From: Spirulina sp.
GTDB lineage: Bacteria > Cyanobacteriota > Cyanobacteriia > Phormidesmidales > Phormidesmidaceae
Assembly: GCA_044070495.1 (NCBI GenBank)
Contig: JBIPSI010000015.1
Location: 64,001 to 128,000, forward strand
DNA: 64,000 bases
Direction: 5' to 3'
Program-made: the position numbers and the translations under genes
The notes under the pieces: generated by a model
Told to the model about the DNA's origin: nothing
Seen by the model: only the letters and a program-made list of their open reading frames with translations
Database searches by the model: none
Shown: in pieces, positions 51,362 through 60,092 of the stretch
How the letters are laid out: the number at the start of each line of letters is the position of its first letter
Position numbering within the stretch: the stretch's first letter is position 1

Positions 51362-51524
51362 CGTATTTCCAGCAATGATACTGTTGGCGAAGATTTTCTA
51401 GCGCCCCAATTCTATCGATATAGGGCTGTGTTCGCCAGTAAGTGGCCTCTTGCTTAGGCGCATGAAGGCTAGCCTTAGTTACGACGGCTTGTATAGTACG
51501 CCGTTCGGATTCTGTCACGGTCAA
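51315..51524 (-). CDS. Small partner of the nucleotidyltransferase
   Basis: YWRTQP..DRIGALE.LR, RFQRV; overlaps the NTase start; GGAGG upstream. Confidence 0.65.
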   Translation of the reverse strand: MTVTESERRTIQAVVTKASLHAPKQEATYWRTQPYIDRIGALENLRQQYHCWKYGAEPRFQRVYTVTKR

Positions 51525-51555
51525 TCCTCCATACAGTACCTAAGACCTATCTTAA

Positions 51556-51689
51556 TCCACCGCCTCGGCGGCGGCTTGGTCAATCAGTTTCAGCGGCTCA
51601 TCTTGGGTCATGGGCGTGGGGTGGCGGATGTTTTCCCAGTTATGGCGGTATTTAGAGGCTGTTGGCGAGGTCAGAAGCCCGGTTCCTTG
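51556..51689 (-). repeat. Copy 5 (most diverged) of the LRR-Roc-COR 5' end plus upstream segment
   Basis: Reads MTQDEPLKLIDQAAAEAVD*; upstream part matches 49320-49395 and 50155-50231. Confidence 0.9.
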
Positions 51690-51700
51690 GGTAAGCGGGT

Positions 51701-51750
51701 CTACCAGAGAACCTTGATGATTTCCGAGTCTCGCAGCATGGTGTCGCGGC
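51701..51750 (-). pseudogene. Orphan 3' end of the PIN gene at 49410
   Basis: Matches 49410..49459 at 49/50 (RDTMLRDSEIIKVLW*). Confidence 0.9.
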
Positions 51751-51866
51751 ACGGATCTAGCCCCACGTAGCCTGCGTCGAATCCGCCCCCTACCCCGTGA
51801 AACTTTAGTTCGCCCATGTACGTCCAGATAACTCTAATCTTGAAAGATAGGTCTTTGGCAGCCACC

Positions 51867-52424
51867 ATGAAGCGATCACCCCTGTTCTCCCTAGCCCTAG
51901 CGAGTGTGGCGCTGATGGGCGCTGTCCCCACAGCCTTTGCCGCCGAGGAGGTGGAGTTGCGGTATCGGGGGCTGAGCCGCACCGTAGCCGTAGCGGATTT
52001 GGCGACCCTAGCGGAAACCGGGGAAGCTCCGGCGAGGCTGGAGGGAATTTTGCAGATGGCCGGACAGTCGCCAGAAACCCTGCAAACGGTGCTCAACCAC
52101 AGGCTCGAAACCGATGCGGTGGTCTTAGACAAAGCCCTCAACAGCCTGCCGGGAGAATGGTTGCTCGATCAATTAGGGCAAACCCTGCGTCCGGTCAGTG
52201 GGGAGGCCAGTCGGCAGGCGTTGCGGTCGGCACTGGTGCTGTCGGCCAGCGACGATGGTGATGTGACCCTGCTGGAGGTGTTGCAAGCCTACCCCACCGA
52301 AACCGTCGTCCTTGAAGTCGATCAGCTTCAGTCGGCCTTTGAACGGATAACCACCTTCCTAGAGCCAATTTCGCGGGTGCTGGGCGAGAACATCCTAGAA
52401 ATTATTCTCCGGGGCGGATTTTGA
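51867..52424 (+). CDS. DUF1400 (alpha/beta hydrolase N-terminal-like) secreted protein
   Basis: Signal peptide AFA-AE, LATLAETGE, ALRSALVLSA, LLEVLQAYPT. Confidence 0.8.
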   Translation: MKRSPLFSLALASVALMGAVPTAFAAEEVELRYRGLSRTVAVADLATLAETGEAPARLEGILQMAGQSPETLQTVLNHRLETDAVVLDKALNSLPGEWLLDQLGQTLRPVSGEASRQALRSALVLSASDDGDVTLLEVLQAYPTETVVLEVDQLQSAFERITTFLEPISRVLGENILEIILRGGF

Positions 52425-52560
52425 ACCCCCAGGGGGCTGCGGTAGGATGATGACCTAGAAAAATGCAGAAAATACGGTTTTGTCCGGGTTTAGGGTCAGC
52501 GGTCGGGCGTCAGCATGGGCCAACCCTAGGGCGGATGGTGTTCTTTTAAGTCGGTGCCCT

Positions 52561-53793
52561 ATGGTTTCCCAACGTCAACGGCTGGTGCCCTGCCCCCTTG
52601 GCCCGCTTCAGGTGGCGGCATTGCCCCCAGCCAATGCCCTAGCCGATCCACCGATCACCCTATCCCTGGTGATTCCCACCTACAACGAGGGCCAAAACCT
52701 AGGGCCGCTGATCAACGCCTTGGTGACGATCCTCGATCCGGTGCTGCCCAACGACTACGAATTGATCGTGGTCGATGATGATAGTCCCGACCTCACCTGG
52801 CGGCAGGGGTTGGCCCTAGGGGAGCATATTCCCCAACTGCGGGTGATGCGTCGCCAGGAGGAACGGGGTCTCTCTTCGGCGGTGATTCGCGGCTGGCAGG
52901 TAGCCCAGGGGCAGATATTAGGGGTGATAGATGCCGACCTGCAACATCCCCCAGAAGTCCTGCTAGGCTTACTGGAAGCGATTCAGTCTGGGGCAGATTT
53001 AGCCGTGGCCAGCCGCCATGTGGAAGGGGGCGGCGTCAGTGAATGGAGCCTTGCCCGCCGCCTTCTGTCGCGGGGTGCCCAAACCCTAGGGCTGCTGATT
53101 TTACCGGGCGTCGTAGGCCAAGTCAGCGACCCCATGAGCGGCTTCTTTATGGTGCGGCGACAGGCCATCGCGGGGCCATTGCTCAACCCCAAGGGCTACA
53201 AAATTTTGCTAGAGGTGCTGGGCCGAGGCACCATCGACACCATCACCGAAGTCGGCTACGTCTTCCAGGAACGCCAGGAGGGCAGCAGCAAAGTCACCTG
53301 GCGGCAATACCTCGACTACATCCACCACCTGCTACGGCTGCGGGCCGGAGGTCGCCTGTCCCACTGGCATCGACGCTTTCCCTGGCGGCGGTTTGTGCGC
53401 TTTGGCCTAGTGGGGCTGAGCGGCGTGGTGGTGGATATGGCCATCCTTTATTTGATGCACACCGCCCTAGGATTTCCCCTCACCCGAAGCAAAATTGTGG
53501 CGGCGGAAATCGCCATCCTCAACAACTTTATTTGGAACGATTTGTGGACCTTTGCCGATGTCAGCCTGCACCAACGGGGTGGATCGGCTCGATTCAAGCG
53601 GTTCCTTAAGTTCAACTTAATTTGTTTGGCCGGACTGGTGCTCAACGTCCTGGTGCTGAACCTGGTGTACAACCTGATCTTTGGCCAGCGCTGGGCCTAC
53701 CTCGCCAACCTGATCGCTATCGGTCTGGTGACCATTTGGAACTTCTGGCTCAACCTCAAACTGAGCTGGCGGGTTACCCAGGTGAAATCGTAA
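52561..53793 (+). CDS. GT2 polyprenol-phosphate glycosyltransferase fused to a GtrA domain
   Basis: VIPTYNE, VDDDSPD, DADLQHPP, DPMSGFF; C-terminal RFGLVG..G..VD, NNF.WN..WTF. Confidence 0.9.
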   Translation: MVSQRQRLVPCPLGPLQVAALPPANALADPPITLSLVIPTYNEGQNLGPLINALVTILDPVLPNDYELIVVDDDSPDLTWRQGLALGEHIPQLRVMRRQEERGLSSAVIRGWQVAQGQILGVIDADLQHPPEVLLGLLEAIQSGADLAVASRHVEGGGVSEWSLARRLLSRGAQTLGLLILPGVVGQVSDPMSGFFMVRRQAIAGPLLNPKGYKILLEVLGRGTIDTITEVGYVFQERQEGSSKVTWRQYLDYIHHLLRLRAGGRLSHWHRRFPWRRFVRFGLVGLSGVVVDMAILYLMHTALGFPLTRSKIVAAEIAILNNFIWNDLWTFADVSLHQRGGSARFKRFLKFNLICLAGLVLNVLVLNLVYNLIFGQRWAYLANLIAIGLVTIWNFWLNLKLSWRVTQVKS

Positions 53794-53980
53794 CCTCGCC
53801 GACGCTGGTTGAGCCACAAAAGCCTTGGACTCGAAGTCCAAGGCTTAAAGCGGAAATCCTCTGAAGAGGATTGGGGTATGGGCACAGGTTTTCCTGCCTC
53901 GCATCAAGTTTCCCCTTCAAAATGACCTGGTTGTCCCTAAAACCCGTGGTTGGGGACAGTTGGGAACGTGGGACGGCGGC

Positions 53981-54379
53981 CTAGGACGGCTGATCCGGGG
54001 AAGGGGTGGCCAAAAACTGACGCAGGCGTACCATCACCAAACTTTGGCCAAAGCTGATGGGCAGTGCTGAAACCCCCTCCAGTTGGGACTGCACCCAGCG
54101 ATCCCCCCAGTACCACTCGTGGAAGCCGTCAATGCCACCGGAGAGCACCAGGCGCAGGTGATTTTGCGACAGTTCCTGAACTTCGTGGCGGATTTCCACA
54201 GGGCCGAAGTAGCTGTGGAAAACGAGATCACTGTGGAGGGCATCGGGCAATCCAATCTCGAAGCGCTGGGGCCACAGCCATTGCCGAAACTGATCGGGCT
54301 GGAGCAAGCTGGCCTGAATTTGCCCAGCGGCGGCATCAACTTCAATACGGAGGCGGCTTTGCTGAAAGGTGCCAATCAT
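53981..54379 (-). CDS. Conserved-looking hypothetical protein
   Basis: MIGTFQQSRLRIEV...GIDGFHEWYWGD; function not recognised. Confidence 0.65.
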   Translation of the reverse strand: MIGTFQQSRLRIEVDAAAGQIQASLLQPDQFRQWLWPQRFEIGLPDALHSDLVFHSYFGPVEIRHEVQELSQNHLRLVLSGGIDGFHEWYWGDRWVQSQLEGVSALPISFGQSLVMVRLRQFLATPSPDQPS

Positions 54380-54515
54380 AAACCGTTGGGAAAAACCGCA
54401 ACAACACCTCCCAGTATGCCAAAAGTCCATCCAAGCTTCAGCCCAACCCACTAGGCAAAGGAATCACGCCCCTACCCACCGACTCCCCAAGCGAGGAGAC
54501 CTCGCCCCTACCGAT

Positions 54516-54630
54516 CCATCACCGTCCCACCTTCCCACCCCATCACCGTCCCACCTCCCCACCCCATCACCGTCCCACCTTCCCACCTCCCCACCTTCCC
54601 ACCTTCCCACCTGTCACCCCACCCACCCAC
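54516..54630. repeat. C-rich tandem repeat (8-bp units in 24-bp blocks)
   Basis: ccatcaccgtcccaccttcccacc x3, then ttcccacc units. Confidence 0.85.
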
Positions 54631-54686
54631 ACTGAACCCCTTGTTTGCTATAACTGTCCATTGATCCCACCGGATATGAGGCGTCC

Positions 54687-55667
54687 ATGATTGAAGTTGA
54701 GCACCTCGGTAAAACCTATGGCTCCACCCCGGCCATTCGCGATGTCACCTTTGAGGCCCAGCCGGGGGAGATTCTAGGCTTTTTGGGGCCAAACGGGGCA
54801 GGCAAAACCACCACCATGCGGATTTTGTCGGGCTATCTGCCAGCCTCCGAAGGTACGGCCCGGATCGCGGGCTACGATGTCCACACCGATTCCATGGCGG
54901 TGCGGCAGCGGATTGGTTATTTGCCAGAATCGCCGCCGCTGTATCCGCAGATGACGGTGGAGGGGTATTTGAACTTTGTGGCAAAAATTAAGGGCGTTCC
55001 GGCGGGAATGCGGCCCCAGCGTGCCCAAATTGCCATGGAGCGCTGTGGGTTGTTGGATCGGCGGACGACGCTGATTCGTAAGCTGTCGAAAGGCTATCGG
55101 CAGCGGGTGGGCATTGCCCAGGCCATCATCCACGACCCGCCTGTGATCATTCTGGACGAACCTACCGTGGGCTTGGATCCTCGCCAAATCAACGAAGTCC
55201 GCCAGTTGATAAAAAGCCTCGCCGGAAGCCACACCATCATCCTCTCCACCCACATTCTGCCGGAGGTGAGTATGACCTGCGACCGGGTGACGATCATCAA
55301 CCGAGGTCAGGTGGTGGCGACGGATACGCCGGATAACCTGACGGCTCGCCTCGCCGGAGAAATGGCCTACGAGGTGGAAATTAAGGGCGACGTGAACCAG
55401 GCCCAACCCCTGCTGACCCATTTGGCCGAGGTGCGCCAGGTGGAAATCCTCAGTCCCGATCATTTGCCCGAGCATCATCATCGTTTGCGGGTGACGGGAA
55501 ATCAGGACGCTGGACTGGGCCAAGCCATTGCCGCTAGCCTCGTCCATGCGGGCCTAGAACTGCACGAACTGCGCCGCCAGCAGGCCACCCTAGAGGACGT
55601 GTTCCTCAACCTGACCACCACCGAACCCAGTGCCCCCCCAGTGCCCTCCGTGGAGGCGACCCGATGA
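54687..55667 (+). CDS. ABC transporter ATP-binding protein (GldA-like)
   Basis: GPNGAGKTT, LSKGYRQR, LDEPTVGLDP, STHIL. Confidence 0.92.
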   Translation: MIEVEHLGKTYGSTPAIRDVTFEAQPGEILGFLGPNGAGKTTTMRILSGYLPASEGTARIAGYDVHTDSMAVRQRIGYLPESPPLYPQMTVEGYLNFVAKIKGVPAGMRPQRAQIAMERCGLLDRRTTLIRKLSKGYRQRVGIAQAIIHDPPVIILDEPTVGLDPRQINEVRQLIKSLAGSHTIILSTHILPEVSMTCDRVTIINRGQVVATDTPDNLTARLAGEMAYEVEIKGDVNQAQPLLTHLAEVRQVEILSPDHLPEHHHRLRVTGNQDAGLGQAIAASLVHAGLELHELRRQQATLEDVFLNLTTTEPSAPPVPSVEATR

Positions 55668-56524
55668 CGAACGCAAACCCGAATTTGAATCCACCCTTAA
55701 AGAACAACTTGAACAATCTGATTTTCAAAAACATCCTGGCCATCTACCAGCGGGAGTTGCAAAGCTACTTCACCTCGCCCCTGTCCTACGTGATTGCGGC
55801 GGTGTTTTGGCTGCTGGGAGGCTTTTTTCTAGTGGCGATTTTGCTAGGGCCGCAGGGCCTCATTGCCCAGGCCGCCATGGCCGACCAAGCAGCTCAGATG
55901 GGCATGGCCCCGCCGCCCCCCTTTGATGTGGCCTACGAATTCAACAAAGCCTACGTGGGTCTGCTGGGTTCGCTGTCGATGTTTGTGCTGCCGATGCTCT
56001 CCATGGGTCTTTATACCGACGAACGCAAGCAGGGCACCCTAGAACTGCTGGCCACCTCTCCCATCCCCAACTGGGCCGTCGCCCTGGGCAAACTGCTGGC
56101 GGTGGTGACGTTCTACATCGGCATGGTGCTGCCGTTGATGGTCAGCCAGTCCGTAGCCTTGGGGGCGGCCACTCCGGCGGTGGGTTCGGCGGGGTTTGTG
56201 CTGTCCTATGTAGGGCTGGTGCTGATGGCCGCGAGCCTGCTGGCCCTGGGCATGTTCGTCTCCTCCCTCACCGATAGCACCGTGCTGGCGGCGATTATGA
56301 CCTTTGCCCTCATCTTGCTGCTGTGGCTGGTGGATGCCGTGGCCCAGGGGTTGCCCGGTGCTCTGGGGGAAGCCTTCAGCCATCTCTCCCTGCTGCGCCA
56401 CTTCACCACCTTTACCGAGGGCGTGTTTGACTCCAGCAGTTTGGTGCTGTTTTTGTCCTTCATCGGCCTCGGCATTTTTCTCACCGCCCAATCCGTCGAA
56501 GCCCTGCGGTTCCAACGCTCCTAG
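55664..56524 (+). CDS. ABC-2 permease (GldF-like)
   Basis: RELQSYFTSP, ERKQGTLELL.TSP, LGKL. Confidence 0.9.
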   Translation: MTNANPNLNPPLKNNLNNLIFKNILAIYQRELQSYFTSPLSYVIAAVFWLLGGFFLVAILLGPQGLIAQAAMADQAAQMGMAPPPPFDVAYEFNKAYVGLLGSLSMFVLPMLSMGLYTDERKQGTLELLATSPIPNWAVALGKLLAVVTFYIGMVLPLMVSQSVALGAATPAVGSAGFVLSYVGLVLMAASLLALGMFVSSLTDSTVLAAIMTFALILLLWLVDAVAQGLPGALGEAFSHLSLLRHFTTFTEGVFDSSSLVLFLSFIGLGIFLTAQSVEALRFQRS

Positions 56525-56534
56525 CTAGGGGGGA

Positions 56535-56644
56535 GGATCCCCCTAAATCCCCCTTAATAAGGGGGACTTTGATGTCGATTCTCTCTTTGAAAAGGGGAGT
56601 TTGACTCCGGTTCCCCCCTTACGAAGGGGGGCTAGGGGGGATCC
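56535..56644. repeat. Dispersed hairpin repeat (ccccctaaatccccctt family)
   Basis: Same family as 12131-12210, with one additional internal unit. Confidence 0.8.
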
Positions 56645-56700
56645 ACTAACGCCTCCTTTACTGTCAATTTCCCCTGACCCGTCCCTTTTGGTGTAGCTCC

Positions 56701-58380
56701 ATGAACGTTAAGGTGGCCTATCAGAAGTATCTCAAGTACCTGGCCCTGCCCGGTTTGGCCCTGGCTACGGCGGGGTTGATTGCGGGCTTTGTGGCGGGGT
56801 GGACGCCCCTACCCTCGGCCCTGCTGTTGGGCGGCCTGGGTCTGATGGTGGTGGGCCTAGGCTTTAGCGAGTATGGCCGCAACCGCTTCTGGAGTCAGCG
56901 TTCCACCGAGGCGGGGGCCAATGCCCTAGTGTCGGTGCTGGCGGTGCTGGTAATTTTGGGCCTGGTGAACTTTCTGGCGGTGCGCTACTCCAGTCGGGTG
57001 GATCTGACCGAAAACCAGATCTTCACCCTGGCCCCAGAGTCTCAGCAGGTGGTGCAAGCCCTGGCCGAACCGACGCGGGTGCTGGTGTTTGACCCCAACC
57101 AAAATCCCCAGGATCGGCAGCTTTTGGAGAGCTATCGACGGGCCGGGGATAACTTCGCCTTCGAGTTTGTCAACCCCTACGACAACCCCCGGTTAGCCCA
57201 GGACTTTAACGTCACCCAGCCGGGGATGGTGTTTGTGGAACAGGGAGAAACCCGCCGCCCGGTGCAGACGCTCACGCCATCAGATCGGCTGTCGGAACGC
57301 ACCCTCACCAATACCCTGGCGCAGTTAGGTACCGAAAACGCCCTCAAGGCCTACTTCACCCAGGGGCACCAGGAATTTGCCATCGACGGCAGCGAAACCG
57401 GATTTCTCCAGGCCGCCACTGCCCTAGGGGAAAAGGGCTTCATGGTAGAGCCGCTGGACTTTGCCACCACCCCCACCGTGCCGGAGGATGCCAGCGTCGT
57501 CATCGTGGCGGGGCCAGCGACGGAATTCTTTGATGCCGAAGTCAATGCTCTGAAGACCTACCTAGATCAGGGGGGCAGCCTGATGCTGCTGATCGACCCG
57601 CGCACCAACCCCAATTTGGGCAGTTTGTTGGATCCCTGGGGCGTTACCCTCGACAACCGAATTGTGCTGGATACCTCCGGCGCAGGGCAACTGGTCGGCC
57701 TTGGCCCCGCCGCCCCCCTCGTCACCGACTACGGCGATCACCCCATCACCCGAGACTTTGGCACCGGGCGATCCTTCTTTCCCTTGGTGCGGCCCATCAA
57801 TGTGGAAGAGGTGCCGGACGTAACCGCTGTCTCGATTCTCAACAGCAACGCCCAAAGCCGCGCCGAAGCTCTCTCTGCCGAAGGGGAACTTCAGTTCGAC
57901 GAAAACGCGCCCCCCTCCGGCCCCTACAGCCTCGGCGTGGCCCTCAGCCGTCCGATTAGCAAAGACAATGTAGCGGATTCTCAGCCAGAGGAAGCTGCCG
58001 CTGAAGACGGGGCCACCGACGAGGAGAATCCTGACGCTGAAGCGGAGGAGGATACCCTCCTAGAGGACTTAGTAGAGCCAGGGTCGTCCGCCGACAGCGA
58101 CCGCACCGCCCAAGAAGCCCGCCTAGTGGTAATCGGCAACGCCTCCTTTGCCACCGATGGCCTGTTCGAGCAGCAGCTTAACGGCGATGTCTTTCTCAAC
58201 TCCGCAAGCTGGCTGGGCCAAGCCGATGACGCCACCCTCTCCATTCGCCCCCGCGAAGTCACCAACCGTCGCATTACGATGACGGTACAGCAACAGATTG
58301 GCCTTGGGGTATTTGCCCTGCTGATTTTGCCCCTAGTGGGCGTCATCCTGGCCGTGCTGCTATGGCTGAAACGACGCTAG
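56701..58380 (+). CDS. GldG-family ABC auxiliary protein
   Basis: DLTENQIFTL, YFTQGHQE, YLDQGG.L, N- and C-terminal TM segments. Confidence 0.88.
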   Translation: MNVKVAYQKYLKYLALPGLALATAGLIAGFVAGWTPLPSALLLGGLGLMVVGLGFSEYGRNRFWSQRSTEAGANALVSVLAVLVILGLVNFLAVRYSSRVDLTENQIFTLAPESQQVVQALAEPTRVLVFDPNQNPQDRQLLESYRRAGDNFAFEFVNPYDNPRLAQDFNVTQPGMVFVEQGETRRPVQTLTPSDRLSERTLTNTLAQLGTENALKAYFTQGHQEFAIDGSETGFLQAATALGEKGFMVEPLDFATTPTVPEDASVVIVAGPATEFFDAEVNALKTYLDQGGSLMLLIDPRTNPNLGSLLDPWGVTLDNRIVLDTSGAGQLVGLGPAAPLVTDYGDHPITRDFGTGRSFFPLVRPINVEEVPDVTAVSILNSNAQSRAEALSAEGELQFDENAPPSGPYSLGVALSRPISKDNVADSQPEEAAAEDGATDEENPDAEAEEDTLLEDLVEPGSSADSDRTAQEARLVVIGNASFATDGLFEQQLNGDVFLNSASWLGQADDATLSIRPREVTNRRITMTVQQQIGLGVFALLILPLVGVILAVLLWLKRR

Positions 58381-58422
58381 CCCCCGTAGGGTGGGCACTG
58401 CCCATAACTCAACTAAGCGCCA

Positions 58423-58650
58423 TTAAGCGCCATGCACCTCTTCTTCCCCCCGCTCAAGCATGGATTCCTGGACATGCTCCTGCTCATGGAGCTTATTGGC
58501 CATGGCTAAGCGGGCTTTTTCTTCCACGGTGGAAGGCGCGTCTTCATGCAGTTCTTCGGCGCTGCGCTCTAGCATGGCGTCCTGGCGGAGTTCCTCCTGC
58601 TGACGTTGCTGGGCCAAGAGTTCGCGGGCTTGTTCGGTTTGCTTATCCAT
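58423..58650 (-). CDS. Small protein with two glutamine-synthetase inactivating factor (IF7)-like motifs
   Basis: QARELL...RQDAMLERSAEEL and KARLAM...QESMLERGEEEV; AGGAGAGG RBS. Confidence 0.6.
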   Translation of the reverse strand: MDKQTEQARELLAQQRQQEELRQDAMLERSAEELHEDAPSTVEEKARLAMANKLHEQEHVQESMLERGEEEVHGA

Positions 58651-58991
58651 AGGATCTAGCCTCTCCTAAAGGTCTTTGGGCGGTTTAAGCCCTGGGTCAA
58701 CAACCCTACTAACCATGCAGGGAAACGGCATCATCCCGAAGCCATACCGCCTTGGCTTTCGTGATCTCCTGCATGATCTATCGTGATCCCTATTCCATTG
58801 TTAAAGGTGTGGGGTCTGGTTCGTAGGGTTGATACTATTCTTAAATACCCCTCAACCCTGCCTTGCTTGGGTCGCCCCTAGAGGACATAGTCTTGGGGAA
58901 GGGTGAGCATCGGCAAGACTGAGCCCCATCTCAACCCAGGCTGGCAACAACCAGAGCCCTTCAGGCCCTCCAGGCCATCCCCCCTAGGGGC

Positions 58992-59750
58992 ATGTTATGT
59001 TACAACTATGTTAACTTGCCTCTAAGGTTTCCATTGAGTCTCTCCCCTGGCCTAACCCCGAGTAAAAGTCTGTTGCTGTGGCTCTCTGCGGCCCAGGACT
59101 GGCTTAGTCATTCCCAACGCCAGCTACAGGTTTTTGGGGCTTCCTTAGGTTTAGTGATTTTACCAGTGTTTGTGCAGGCTCCCCTAGTTCGCTATTTTCC
59201 CTGGGTGAGTTTGGCCATCACGCCCCTGTGGATCTGGCTGGGGGCTGCGATGATGAAGCGCCCTCGCTGGGAGGTTTGGGGTGATCTGATCGTCGGTTTT
59301 GGGTGGATTTGGCTGACCGGATCTCTCTACTGGGGCTGGTTTCGGTGGGAACCCGTCATGCACCTACCCATCGAAGCCCTAGGAATGCCCATTGCCGTCC
59401 TGTGTTTATACAAGGGCTGCGGACGGGTGGGCAGCTATTTCTTCTTAGGTTCCTTGCTGGGTACCGCCATTACCGATCTCTACATCAACTGGATGCATTT
59501 GTTCCCCAGTTGGCGACAGCTCATGCAGGTGGAACCCGATGTGGCTCCGGTGGTGTTACAGGCCGCAGCGGTGGCCTTAGAAACCGATATTGCCGCCTGC
59601 CGGGCGGTGGTGCTAGCTATTTTTCTACTGGTGGCCACAGCCATTGCCCTATTCACGTCGCGCCAACTGGCTTGGTGGGCCTTTGGGGGAGCGGTACTCA
59701 GCACCTTAATTGTGGATGGGCTGTTTTTCCTCGGCGCGATGCTGGCTTAA
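58992..59750 (+). CDS. DUF3120-like membrane protein
   Basis: PVFVQAPLVR.FPW, GSLYWGWFRWEP..HLPIEA; start uncertain. Confidence 0.8.
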   Translation: MLCYNYVNLPLRFPLSLSPGLTPSKSLLLWLSAAQDWLSHSQRQLQVFGASLGLVILPVFVQAPLVRYFPWVSLAITPLWIWLGAAMMKRPRWEVWGDLIVGFGWIWLTGSLYWGWFRWEPVMHLPIEALGMPIAVLCLYKGCGRVGSYFFLGSLLGTAITDLYINWMHLFPSWRQLMQVEPDVAPVVLQAAAVALETDIAACRAVVLAIFLLVATAIALFTSRQLAWWAFGGAVLSTLIVDGLFFLGAMLA

Positions 59751-60092
59751 TCCCCAACGTCTGTCTCAGCGGCTAGCCCTGTTTCTCGATTGGCCCTAAG
59801 TCCTTAAGTACCTATGGACCCAACGTTCAGGTGTTTCCTCAGCCATTGAGAAGATCGGCCATAATAGGGCTATTCATCATGGCTATTCATAATTAATAGA
59901 TCGGGTGATACCTACCCCTTAGGTAGGCAAGTTCGTCTATCGTTGAACCTGAGCCCATGGTTTAACCGACGATTCCTACCCCATCCCAGCGATCTGCGCT
60001 GTACCATAGCTCCAGTATCCTAACCAAGGCTGGTGTGCTCCAAGAGGTGTGCCTAGGAGGTAACGCCCCCTCACCTCCTCACGGGCTGCGGC

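Noticed and set aside
48431..51750. CRISPR array or classical integron interpretation of the repeated segments
   Set aside because: The repeats are 80-160 bp protein-coding gene starts separated by 0.6-0.75 kb gene pairs. No cas or intI gene is in the window and no attC-like RYYYAAC/GTTRRRY pairs were recognised.
58823..58835. Possible NtcA site upstream of the IF7-like gene
   Set aside because: Spacing is GTA-N7-TAC, not the canonical N8
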